Below, piece by piece: positions 10,239-20,281 of a stretch of DNA of 64,000 bases (positions are counted from its first letter, which is position 1; each line of letters begins with the position of its first letter). Below the pieces are notes generated by a model. The model was not told where the DNA came from. It made no database searches and saw only the letters and a program-made list of their open reading frames with translations. Both the position numbers and the translations under genes were made by a program. Source of the DNA: Carpediemonas membranifera BICM (Eukaryota > Protista > Fornicata); NCBI GenBank assembly GCA_019828565.1, contig JAHDYR010000038.1:202735-266734 (forward strand), written 5' to 3'.

Positions 10239-11531
10239 ATGGTGTTCGAGCTCGATAGTGAGAAGCTGGAGCAACAGACTTCCTCACGTGGTAATAGTAG
10301 ACGGTATCTGCACGAGTTTGGAGCTGACAAGCTGAAGGTCGTGATCAAGATTGATGAGCACTACGATATGGAGGTTCCCACCCTGCTAGCGCTCAAGGAC
10401 AGTCCGCATGTCCTCCCTGTCGTCGATACAGGCTTTGTCGACCGTGATCCAGCCTTCATGGCTCCTTTGGTCAACTGTACCCCCTTCGCTGGCATCTGCA
10501 AGGCTCACTCCAGCGTGCAGTTCCGCTATGTTTCGCATCTACTGCAGGCAGTATGCTACATGCATGACCACGGAGTTGTCCATTGCGATATTAAGCCCGA
10601 CAACTTCCTCTTCAGCAAGAGTCAGAAGGGATACCTCATTGACTTTGGTCTGCAATGAGGAAGCCGGCTTATGGCGACGACAGGTGGGCCATACAACTGA
10701 GATTCGCATCCGAGTATCGCGGCACCCATGGATATTTGCCCCCAGAGCTTTTCTACGAGTACCTTGTCTCGCGCTCAGTGATTCCTGCTGCACGCGACAC
10801 CTCCAAGCTCGCGCGCATGACGGCAGGGCTCTTCCGTCACTTCTTATGTCGTGACACCTGCATCGGACATTTACTCTTGCGGTATTGTCATTATGATGCT
10901 CGTTAACGGTCTCTCTAAGTCCCCCTTTGCCGCGAAGGTGACTGACATGGGTGCAAACATGGCGCAGATCGACAACAGGAAGAAGAAGAAGATGCTGAAG
11001 CTTGGTAGCTTGCTGAACTGGTGCCACTTCTATGGTGGGCAGTTGCAGTTGTCACGTAAGACACTCGAACCGCTCAGAGATTGTCTCAACTTCGTGAACG
11101 TGAACTCTGCACTACCGATTCGCGGCACAACGCCACCCACTTGCCTCGGAATGTACGACCTGGCAATGCAGATGCTCCACTTCGACCCAACGAAGCGTCC
11201 CACTGCTGCCGAATGTCTTGAAAAGCTCAAGGTCATCATGCGCGTGCATGAATGCGTCGCCAAGACCAGTCCGCTCCTCTTGGATGATACTGAACAGGTC
11301 TTACTCTCTGTAGATCAGCGAAAGAGAATGGTCGACTGCTGCCAACGGGGGTTTGAGGGTCAAGTCTTCTATCGGCGCTGCATAGTGTGTGGTAGAGACC
11401 TTCATGGACGCGAGAACGTCAGCTGTGACACATGCCACAAGGGATACAGGCAGGTGAGCACCAATAAGTGCGCAAAAGGTGTAAGCGGAAGACTCCACAG
11501 GCAGTTTATTGCGATGATTGATCGGAAGTAA
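10239..11531 (+). pseudogene. Inverted paralogue of the kinase, frameshifted (or homopolymer sequencing errors)
   Basis: Nearly identical to 8209-9513; single-base losses at ~10648 (GGG>GG) and ~10829-10833 (GGGG>GGG, TTT>TT), 3 nt in total. Confidence 0.85.
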
Positions 11532-11602
11532 AGATTATTTGAAAACGTGTAAATTTTGTGTGAAAATTGTGTGAAAAACTGTGGCTAATTCTGCACAGAG
11601 CG

Positions 11603-11932
11603 ATGCCAAGGACGAAACCAAGGCAGATCAAGAAGAGGCCTCAAGATTTAACTGCCCGGCGGTGCAGGTTCGTCAAGTGGCCGGAGATGCCGCTTCCAGT
11701 AAGGCGTATGCCGTACAGCTCGCCGTATCCATCTCCGTGCCCGTCTCCATCCACCTCTTCGTCGTCAACGCCACCCCCCACCCAACCTGCTCCCACTCAG
11801 CCGTCGTCTTCAGCCTCTGCCACGCCCGTTGGCAGTCCGCCTTCTTCTCCTGGCCACCATTCTCCACTGAGTCAAGAGTCTCCGCACTACCATGGATCAG
11901 ATGATGATGTAACACCTGTGGTACAGCATTAA
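11603..11932 (+). CDS. Small Pro/Ser-rich protein, N-terminus MPRTK
   Basis: ATG ORF downstream of a TGTGAAAA-rich tract; low complexity. Confidence 0.4.
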   Translation: MPRTKPRQIKKRPQDLTARRCRFVKWPEMPLPVRRMPYSSPYPSPCPSPSTSSSSTPPPTQPAPTQPSSSASATPVGSPPSSPGHHSPLSQESPHYHGSDDDVTPVVQH

Positions 11933-12437
11933 ACGATCATCTGATGTGTTTTTGTTACATAATTTTGCGTTGATTGCTTCAAATTGTCATGAATTGTCAC
12001 AAAACAACGGTTCAACACAGATTCAGCACAATCTCTTTCTCATTTTCATGCGAGAACGTGAAAGAGATTGTGCTGAAGCAGCTTGAGGCGCTTAATGTGA
12101 CCAATCAGGCTCATACAACCATGTTTCAAGCGTTAAGAGTTTCAACAATCTAAACGCAACTTTTTTCAATTGAATTGTCCATTTATCAAACATCAGAGTT
12201 ATGTAGCACAAGCACAAGCTTCTTTCGGAGATTTTCGATGGCCAAAAACATGTCAGAGACTGTGTCGTCTAAAGAAATGTCCAATTTGGCTTGAAAATTG
12301 TTTTCGCGGATCTTTTTGAGACTTTCTTCTATCTTACACACTTCATACATGTTCTTTACTGTTAATTCAGTAACATTGATGCCTCCGCGCCGCAGTTCCA
12401 TTTGGTGAAATTCGCAGTTTATGTCAGAATTTCGCGG

Positions 12438-13643
12438 ATGGACATTCCTGTAATACAAGAACCTGCGGCAGCTAAACGCGTAACAGGAGATAAGCCAAGG
12501 TATTTCCGGGCCAATCTTTATTCGGCATACCTCAATGCATTTTTTGACACGACGGTCACCAGCGGCATGGGTCTTTCCACGGCCGACATGCACCAATGCC
12601 TGCGCATTATTCAGGAACGCCTTCTGAAACTGGTCCCAGACATCAAGGGCTATCTGTTCGCCGATAGGACCTCGCACGCAGCGATTGCCGCAATCAAGAC
12701 CTTCCAAAACGACCATTTTGGAACAGAGGAGGTCAATAACGGCGTAGCGCACAGGCTTTGTCTTGCCAGTCAACCTCAGCTCAGTAGCTTCCGCGCTCAG
12801 CTCGCTAGCATACTGAAGGCGATCGACAAGCCTGACGTATCAAATCAAGTTCAGCTTGAGGGCATCACCTGGCCCACGCTTGTCACTTATCGTCCGCCCA
12901 GAGCCAAGAATGATCCTGATCCGTCCGCCGTTCCTCCCATTTCTTCTGGTTCCACCCCCCTCCTCTCGATCAAGGCCGAGCTACCATCTGCTCGCCAGGA
13001 AACGAAGCTATCTCAGATCATGGAGTACGAGATCTCAGACGAGGATGAAGCTCTGGTCACGACTGCTCGCCGAAGGCTTGAACTTCGTCTGGATGAGGTG
13101 GAGACCGCGGCCAAACGAGCCCGACTTGATCCAGAAATGCTTGCTGAGATAGTTTCGGCCGCTGTCATCAAGCGTATCAGTAATAAGTTCGGCCAGAGTC
13201 ACACGGAACCCATCTCCGAGTCCGATCAGCCCCCCTCCGACGTACACTCTCTGGCTACTCTCTACCAGAGATCGCTGATATATGCCTGCGTCGTGTGCCG
13301 TGCTCCCGACTGGTGGTGGAATCCAAATGTCCGCGACTTTGTAACTTGCAGCTCTTGCAAGCGTTTCATGCACAAGCATTGCCACAGACCTGGCAAAGCT
13401 GGGTCTAAGGTCCAGTGCCCATGCTGCAAGCAGTCGAAGAACCGGTGCGAAGCGTGCACAAGTGATCACAAGACTCAGAAGAAGACCAGCGAACTGATGT
13501 CATGCTATGCCTGCCTCAAGTGGATGTGCCCGACCCACATAACTGAACTAGAGGCAAGGCTTGATCAAAGAGTGTTCACGATTCGCCTGTGTAAGATGTG
13601 CAGAAGCGTCTATGACGATCATGTGGTCAAAATGAAGTGGTAA
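12438..13643 (+). CDS. PHD-finger protein
   Basis: CVVC...FVTCSSCKRFMHKHC...QCPCC (PHD) followed by CEAC...CYACLKWMCPTH...CKMC, the same architecture as 1439-2626. Confidence 0.75.
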   Translation: MDIPVIQEPAAAKRVTGDKPRYFRANLYSAYLNAFFDTTVTSGMGLSTADMHQCLRIIQERLLKLVPDIKGYLFADRTSHAAIAAIKTFQNDHFGTEEVNNGVAHRLCLASQPQLSSFRAQLASILKAIDKPDVSNQVQLEGITWPTLVTYRPPRAKNDPDPSAVPPISSGSTPLLSIKAELPSARQETKLSQIMEYEISDEDEALVTTARRRLELRLDEVETAAKRARLDPEMLAEIVSAAVIKRISNKFGQSHTEPISESDQPPSDVHSLATLYQRSLIYACVVCRAPDWWWNPNVRDFVTCSSCKRFMHKHCHRPGKAGSKVQCPCCKQSKNRCEACTSDHKTQKKTSELMSCYACLKWMCPTHITELEARLDQRVFTIRLCKMCRSVYDDHVVKMKW

Positions 13644-13657
13644 ACAAGTGTAGAACT

Positions 13658-14710
13658 TTAATGGATCGTGCGAGTGGCATGTGCGTGTCTCTGCGTCATT
13701 TGAGTGATGAACCGCTCATCTAGAACAGTGGAAGGGTTTGTTTCCAGTGGTTTGTAGTCGGTAATGCCGGTACAGTGGTCACGAATAGACGGTAGAGGCA
13801 GAGAAGATACATACTTGGTCGGACCCAGGATCTGCATCGGCGCATTGCAGCTACTTAATGAGCCATTTGCAATCAGCCGTCTCCCAGCAGCCCCCGGCGC
13901 GTTGCGGTAGCCTGAGAAGTACCTCGACAGAAACAGCAGGGGGTTGTCCATGCACAGCGTACGATAAATCCAGAAGCAGTCTTGCAGGTGGAGCTCATTG
14001 GCCAGTACCTGCTCTGGAGTGAGGATGATGCAGGTGTGCCTGTACGGTTTCGTCGAAATCGTCTTCATCAGCTCGGTTGTCTCGGCCGTGTCGTTATCTC
14101 TAGTACACGTGGCGAAGTAAATCATACGCACACGTGTTTGATCGACGACTGTAGGCTCCTTGAATGCGGCCGTGATCAACTCCACAAAGTTGTGGAGGAA
14201 CAGGGCATCGTTTGTGGCCGCATCAATGACCAAGCGAGAAGTACTAGTCTCCGTATGGCCAGAAATGACCCAATACGTGTCGAAGTTGGCGTAAAGATCG
14301 GCCAGGGTCCTCAATTTGGAAACCAAATCTGCTGTCGAGGAGAACGACACGGCCTCGATTGTGAGGTACTGGTCACCCATGGTCTCAAGGATCGTCTTGA
14401 GCTTGACATGGTACCCTGCCGCGTCTGGCATGTGCTCAAGGTGGAACACGGCGAATGAGTCGCGAGAGGAGGCGAACCCGTTCTCTGGCTCAAGAACAAC
14501 GAGCACGCGACGGTTGACAAGGTTGTCCAGAGTGAGCGGGCAGGAGTGGAACCTTGTCAAGCTGTCCGGAGGGTGATGAGGGAGGATACCAATTCCTCGA
14601 TAGCCGCGACGCTTGTCTCTTTTGCCGCAAACACACTCAAGCACCTTATCAGAGCCTTCTACGGCTCTTACAGCGTTCTCATTGAACACAAGCGGCAGTT
14701 CTTCGCTCAT
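13658..14710 (-). CDS. Putative caspase-fold (CHF/CHAT-like) cysteine protease
   Basis: Hydrophobic strand YWVISGH followed about 50 aa later by RMIYFATC, resembling the His/Cys dyad strands of clan CD proteases. Confidence 0.42.
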   Translation of the reverse strand: MSEELPLVFNENAVRAVEGSDKVLECVCGKRDKRRGYRGIGILPHHPPDSLTRFHSCPLTLDNLVNRRVLVVLEPENGFASSRDSFAVFHLEHMPDAAGYHVKLKTILETMGDQYLTIEAVSFSSTADLVSKLRTLADLYANFDTYWVISGHTETSTSRLVIDAATNDALFLHNFVELITAAFKEPTVVDQTRVRMIYFATCTRDNDTAETTELMKTISTKPYRHTCIILTPEQVLANELHLQDCFWIYRTLCMDNPLLFLSRYFSGYRNAPGAAGRRLIANGSLSSCNAPMQILGPTKYVSSLPLPSIRDHCTGITDYKPLETNPSTVLDERFITQMTQRHAHATRTIH

Positions 14711-14947
14711 TTCACAAATTTCAGAATGTGCCACCATGAAAAAAAATTGGCACAAGCACAGTACGGCCTGATAGCTGAAGTTTTGGCCTATAACAACCTG
14801 GAATATGTTGTTTCATCTTTGCATAAATCCATTCCCATTCATGTGTACGTCAGCAATAGGCGTTTAGCAGTGTTTCAGAAACTTTCGCGATATTTTCACA
14901 AGATGTTTTTGCGAAAATTGGCTTTTTCGCATAACGAGAGGACTTCA

Positions 14948-15721
14948 ATGGCACGTAGTAAGGCACCAGCTCATCCCCCGATCGACAGCGACAATTCAAG
15001 CGCATCTGCTGATGCTAGCGAGCAGCTTGATGATCCGATGACGCTCCCGCAGGACGTTGTCCATCGAATTTACCCAGGTGCCACTGATGAGGAGATATCC
15101 GATCTCCGGAAGAAGTGTCACGGCATCACCCGCGTCTATGTGATGCCTGACTGAGCTGCCGGCGGCCGAGTCTTGCTGCGCTCCCTTCCTCGAGGTCGTT
15201 AAGGAGCAACCAGCCCGTGACGCCGAGACTGGGCATGTTGGCAGAGGGATGATGGCTGTCCAGGAGGTCAAAGAGGGGACCTTCCTCGGCGTCTACTGTG
15301 GCCAGCTCCTCTCAGAGGAAGAATACCTCGCCAGCAACACGTCGATGGTGTTTGTTACCCTTTATTTCATTTACATAGAATCTCCTTTTGGAACAAGGTG
15401 CGTGTGGACTCCACTGAGCTATCCTACGCCAGTGGAGTCCACCTGATCAATCACAGCGATGACTATAACTGTGTATGCAGCGAGGGCGTGCTCTGCGGCC
15501 TCCCTGTTCTTGGTGTGTATGCCAATAAGCGCATCGAGAAGGATGAGTTCCTTCGCATTGACTATCAGGAGGACTACTGGAAGGATTCGGAGGTCAAGAA
15601 AGTCGAAGTGGCTCACTTTCGGGCCCTCGAAATGACTGACAAGCGGTACATCTCCAACTTGAAGAGGATGTATCCCAGTTTACGTCAACCTCAGCGCGCG
15701 GGAATTAAGAAGAAGAAGTAA
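14948..15721 (+). CDS. SET-domain protein (spliced); N-terminus MARSK
   Basis: GRGMMA...GVYCGQLL...LINHSDDYNC...IEKDEFLRIDYQEDYW. A 29-nt intron 15350-15378 (GTTTGT...ATAG) joins the frames; an unresolved frameshift or micro-intron lies near 15135-15156. Confidence 0.8.
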
Positions 15722-15749
15722 ATCATGTCTGATCAATCACTTTACTCTC

Positions 15750-17393
15750 TTAGAGTTTCTCCGAAGTCGTCGCACGGGCCTTGCTCTTACCATCGCGACG
15801 TAGGAATATATGCATAGGAGTAACATCGGCAGGAGATGAGTGCTCCTTGCTGCTCATATCTGGCGGCAGGTCGACCGCCGGAGAGTGCTGGTTGATGATA
15901 GCCTTCATCTCTGGCGACAGACCGAGGTCGAGGGGTGGGACCGTTATGAACTTCTGGCCCCCGTACCTCATCATGGTGCTATTGATCCGAGTCCATAAGG
16001 CTCCAGTCACATTGTTCCTCTGGAACAGTACCATCAAGGCAGCGAGAGGAACGTAGCGGTCAAGCTCCACTGTTGCCTCCTCGGCGCGCCTGACAAGCTC
16101 AGCCCAGTTGTCCTCGAGTTCATCGGCGAGCGCTTCAAGCCCAGCCTCACTCGCCCGTGCCAACTCTTCTTGAGTAAACTGATGGATCGCCTGATCCTCG
16201 GCCTTCTGCTGACCTAACTCAGCTTCAAGTCTCTTCTGGGACTCCTCAGAATCTCTGTTAGCCTGTTCAAGCGCCTCCCTCGCCTCCCTCTCCTCAGCAA
16301 GCCGTTTCATCAAGGGCTCGTACTGCTCCAACAAGCGCACAGACTCGGGTACATCATCAAGGCCTGCACTGGTGTCGTCTAGCTGCTGAAGGAGAGAACC
16401 AACGGTGTCTGTGTCGTCCACATCGGACTCTACGTCGACGTCTTGATCAGTCTGGGGCAACGGAACGCCGTCACCATGCATGGCGGCCGGTTCAGAGTGG
16501 CCATCGGACTCGTCCTCGTCAGTGTCGGAAAATTCCACGGCGTCGCTGGCGGGTGGTGTCACATAGGCATGCCCTGTATCTTGCGCATAGGATGCAGTAA
16601 CGAGTTCAAGCGAGTGTATGGCTTCCTCGCGGTCATTCCTTGCCTGAATAGCTTCGGCGGCTGCCTTGGCAACATCTCGACGCAACCGCTCAAGCTGGGC
16701 TGATGTCACATCGCTTCCCGGATCATTCTTGCAACCAGAAAGAATGTCCTCGTAGGGGGCATGCACGCGGCGGGCCTCGACAGTGCCCTCAGGGGCGACG
16801 AAGAGAGCGCGAAGGATCAGGTTGACTTGATCTGGAAGAAAGAGACGGCCTGTTCCTTCTAGATGAATAGAGCCACGATGTGACGGCATGACAGCCTCGC
16901 GGTTATCCTCAAAGGTGATCGCTGATCCGGTGTAGTGGTCAACAAACTGCTTCCGCACGATTTCAACCTGATCATCCTCCATAAACAAGCCTGCAGGAAC
17001 CTTAGACAGCTCGGGCCGGGCAAGGTCGTCACTAATGGCCATGAGCTCGGGAAGGGAAGCCTTGTTGATGAGATCCATTAGTGAAACTCGGCCAGCGAGA
17101 CCAAACACATCACGAATCTCGTCAATGACGATGTGGTCGACCAGCGCGCATCTCAGGGCTGTCTTCGTTATCACGTTGTGCTCCTTGAGGTACTCCAATC
17201 GGCTCTTATTCGTCCGGAGTGCGAACCATCTCTCGAACATACTCTTATCTGCTCGAATAGCCTTACGCTCTTGACCAGGTGCAGCAAAAGCAATCCTAAC
17301 GGTCTTCTCATGATGCTCACGAATCCAGCTGCGTAGAATAGTGATATCTAGCATCTTTTCCAAAATTTCACAGCAATGCAGTGTTATTTTCAC
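15750..17393 (-). CDS. Acidic coiled-coil protein of unknown function
   Basis: 547-aa ORF with E/D-rich and heptad segments. Confidence 0.65.
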   Translation of the reverse strand: MKITLHCCEILEKMLDITILRSWIREHHEKTVRIAFAAPGQERKAIRADKSMFERWFALRTNKSRLEYLKEHNVITKTALRCALVDHIVIDEIRDVFGLAGRVSLMDLINKASLPELMAISDDLARPELSKVPAGLFMEDDQVEIVRKQFVDHYTGSAITFEDNREAVMPSHRGSIHLEGTGRLFLPDQVNLILRALFVAPEGTVEARRVHAPYEDILSGCKNDPGSDVTSAQLERLRRDVAKAAAEAIQARNDREEAIHSLELVTASYAQDTGHAYVTPPASDAVEFSDTDEDESDGHSEPAAMHGDGVPLPQTDQDVDVESDVDDTDTVGSLLQQLDDTSAGLDDVPESVRLLEQYEPLMKRLAEEREAREALEQANRDSEESQKRLEAELGQQKAEDQAIHQFTQEELARASEAGLEALADELEDNWAELVRRAEEATVELDRYVPLAALMVLFQRNNVTGALWTRINSTMMRYGGQKFITVPPLDLGLSPEMKAIINQHSPAVDLPPDMSSKEHSSPADVTPMHIFLRRDGKSKARATTSEKL

Positions 17394-18322
17394 AGTGAAT
17401 ATTTTGTTCTGTCGAAATAAGATGCAGGAAGAGCTTTAGTATATAGCACGTGCGACTGAAGGCATTTTAAGCATGTTTATAGCATGTATATGCAGGTAGT
17501 TGATTGTAGGTACTGTCAAAATTTTCTGTTTACGCAAAGCAATATAAATATGCCAATTCATCACGTAAAACTTCTGGAGCCGTGTTCAGACAGTCAGAGA
17601 ACCCACCATACCGCTTTTCAGCCAGAATAGACTCAACCCTAATTTTGCTTTACGTATATCTCGGTAAATAGACTCGAACGATATGTAAAAATCTTGGATC
17701 CGTCCTAACATATCAAATACTACACATATACCAAGTTTCAGCCAAATCCAAGCCGAGAAGATCACCCCCGTCAAGCCCATGGACAATGGTAGGTCAGCGT
17801 GGTTTTGGCGAAAATAACAGTGCATTGCTGTATTCCAAATGTATGACTTATAGTGCAATGCACTGTTATTTTCGCAGAGCCGAACTTGGAGGTGGCCAGA
17901 AACTGAAATCGCTGAAAAGCTCAGAGACGTCGTTATATCATCTATAACGGCATCTCTGAGCTTTTGGGCGCACGGTTTCATCAGGACGTGGAGATCGATG
18001 CTTGTGAAAATGAAGAATCGACTAGGAGAGCTCTACGCTTGCATGCAGCCTTCTATTAGGTTGTTGATGTTGGTTATATGCTTATTTTTCGTTCTCGATG
18101 CGTGTGGATGAGTACTCTGTTGCAAGATTCATTTTGATGGACTTATGTTGGTTATAGAGGATAAAGGCATCAGAATGGATCATATGCATGCTATAAACCC
18201 GTTACATGCTGTTGTAATGGCGCTACTTGTTCTTCATCATCACTTTGCCCTGATGTTTCGCAGTTGTTTCCCTAAAGTGCAAAATTTCACTGAGATTTCA
18301 CGCGCATTTTAAGGAAACAATC

Positions 18323-19080
18323 ATGGCAAGGAGTAATCCGAAGGCAAGAGTGCCGAAAAAGGCCTAACGCGCAGAGAAGGAAGCTTGGTGCTCGCAACCA
18401 GAAGCAGTTGAACTTGTCGAAGAAGCAGCGCAAGATCACTATGGCTGCATTGGACCTTGTCCAATCCTTCATCAACTCTCTCGAGGATCCGGGCGAGATT
18501 GAGAGGGCAAACAAGATCGTGACGGAGGCAAACAACCTGGGGCGCGACCAGGACGTCCGTGACCTGAATCCCACGTCAGCCCGCGACAACAACGATTACA
18601 GGCACGCCACCGTGAGGGATATTGAGGCGGCCTACACCGGAGATGGCGATAATGGCACCCTGAAGCGTTTTTGCGGCTCTGGTCAGCCTCGACGGCGACG
18701 ACGAAGACGAGCTTCGCCCTGATGACCCCCTCATGGCCTGCGTTAAGTCGCACAGGGATCTTTTCCTCAAGATTCCCGCTGGCCTGAGGGAGGAGGTGCA
18801 CCAGTTCGTGTCTTCTCAGCTCGACATCCCCACGGAGACGATCCGGCACATCCTCCATGCCAACACCCAGTCCTCCGACGCCACTGAGATCTTCAAGCGA
18901 CCCACACTGGTCCCGAAGAGGTCCTATTCTTCCGTGGAGGAGCTCGGTGATATCATTGTCGCGCAGAACCGGAAGCGTGTGGAGGCGGAGCGGCGCGATG
19001 CCATACGTCGCAAGATCTACGAGACGATCATGATGTTCTACATGATCCAGTCTACTAAGCAGACCCCAGAGACTGATTAA
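18323..19080 (+). CDS. Hypothetical basic protein, likely one gene split by indels
   Basis: ORFs 18408-18722 and 18733-19080 join if one T is removed from the TTTTT at ~18668; ATG 18323 (MARSN) needs another shift near 18360. Confidence 0.45.
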
Positions 19081-19095
19081 ATCATCATGTGACTT

Positions 19096-20071
19096 TTACT
19101 CATACTCAATATTCCACGCGGCTTCCCAGTAGTTATCTTTCTTGCGATCTGCGTGCGATCTGTAGTAAGACCGGAGAGCAGCCATCTTGATAACGAAGAC
19201 GAGGTGACCCTCCTCGATATGCTTGATCATCTTCCGCTGGGTGCTTCTCGTGGTGTTTGTGGACTTTTGCTTGCTCGCCTCCTTGATCGACTTGAGCTTC
19301 TTCTTCATTGCCATCGTCAAGTCATCCTCCGTCTGAGTCAGTGTGATGTACTCGTTCGGGCTTTCGGGCATGGGGTGGGTTGGGGCGGGTTGTCGGCGAG
19401 ATGAGGCAGGATCATTGGAAGGCTGGGGTGGGGAAATGAGGTGCCGCAAGCCCTGACGACGCCGATAAGCGTCACCCGCGCTGTGGAGAAATGTGGTGAT
19501 CTCCCTCACACACCCAACACAGTCGGCAAGAGACTGACCCAAAGCCTCCCACTTGGTGCCAGAGAGCGCTGCCTCCAACGTGTAGCTCGGGCTGGAGGTA
19601 TCCTCGATAGACTCCAATTCCGCTGCAGGTAGCGATGTCACGAATCCAAGCTCCTTGTAGAACTCCAGGACAGTCTCATCACACTGGAGCCTGAGCTTGG
19701 CGCCGGCAGACGCAACAGCGAGCAGGATTGACGCATATCCCTTGCCTCGGTGGGCCACCTTCGTGCCAAGAGTAACGACGTACTTACTCTTGAAGTTCGG
19801 CACACCCGAAATGCCCTCCTGTACCATGAGCAGCATAGAGACGATGTCGTTGGTGGTGGTGCTGACAATGGCGATCATGCTATGTAAGAGCTTGGGGTGG
19901 GTCATACAGGGTGTTGTTCAGTTCAATGGCACTGAGCATTTCCGTAACATGAAATGACGACAGGAAGGACAGTACGCTGTGCACATACTGGCTGTTGTCG
20001 TCCAGTAGTACATATACTAGGTGACAACCATCCATGGCCAATATCGTGTTCTTCCAGTCGTCGTTAGGCAT
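19096..20071 (-). CDS. GNAT acetyltransferase (spliced)
   Basis: YVVTLGTKVAHRGKGYASILL (acetyl-CoA motif A) and FYKELGF (motif B); 28-nt intron 19880-19907 (GTATGA...ATAG) gives an in-frame join. Confidence 0.82.
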
Positions 20072-20281
20072 GTTTCACGCTTCTGCTGAAATTTTTCACA
20101 CAGATTTCGCAAACTGCATTTGTGCCACCATGAAAAAAATTGGCACAAAACGAATTGAAGTCAATTCACGACTTATTCGACGAGTAGGGGGTCAGGCAAG
20201 TATTATGGGCGCATTATCTTTCCCGGCAAGCGAAATGTATTCTCATCAATCATGCTTTTTACAATCTCAGCTTTTCTATCT

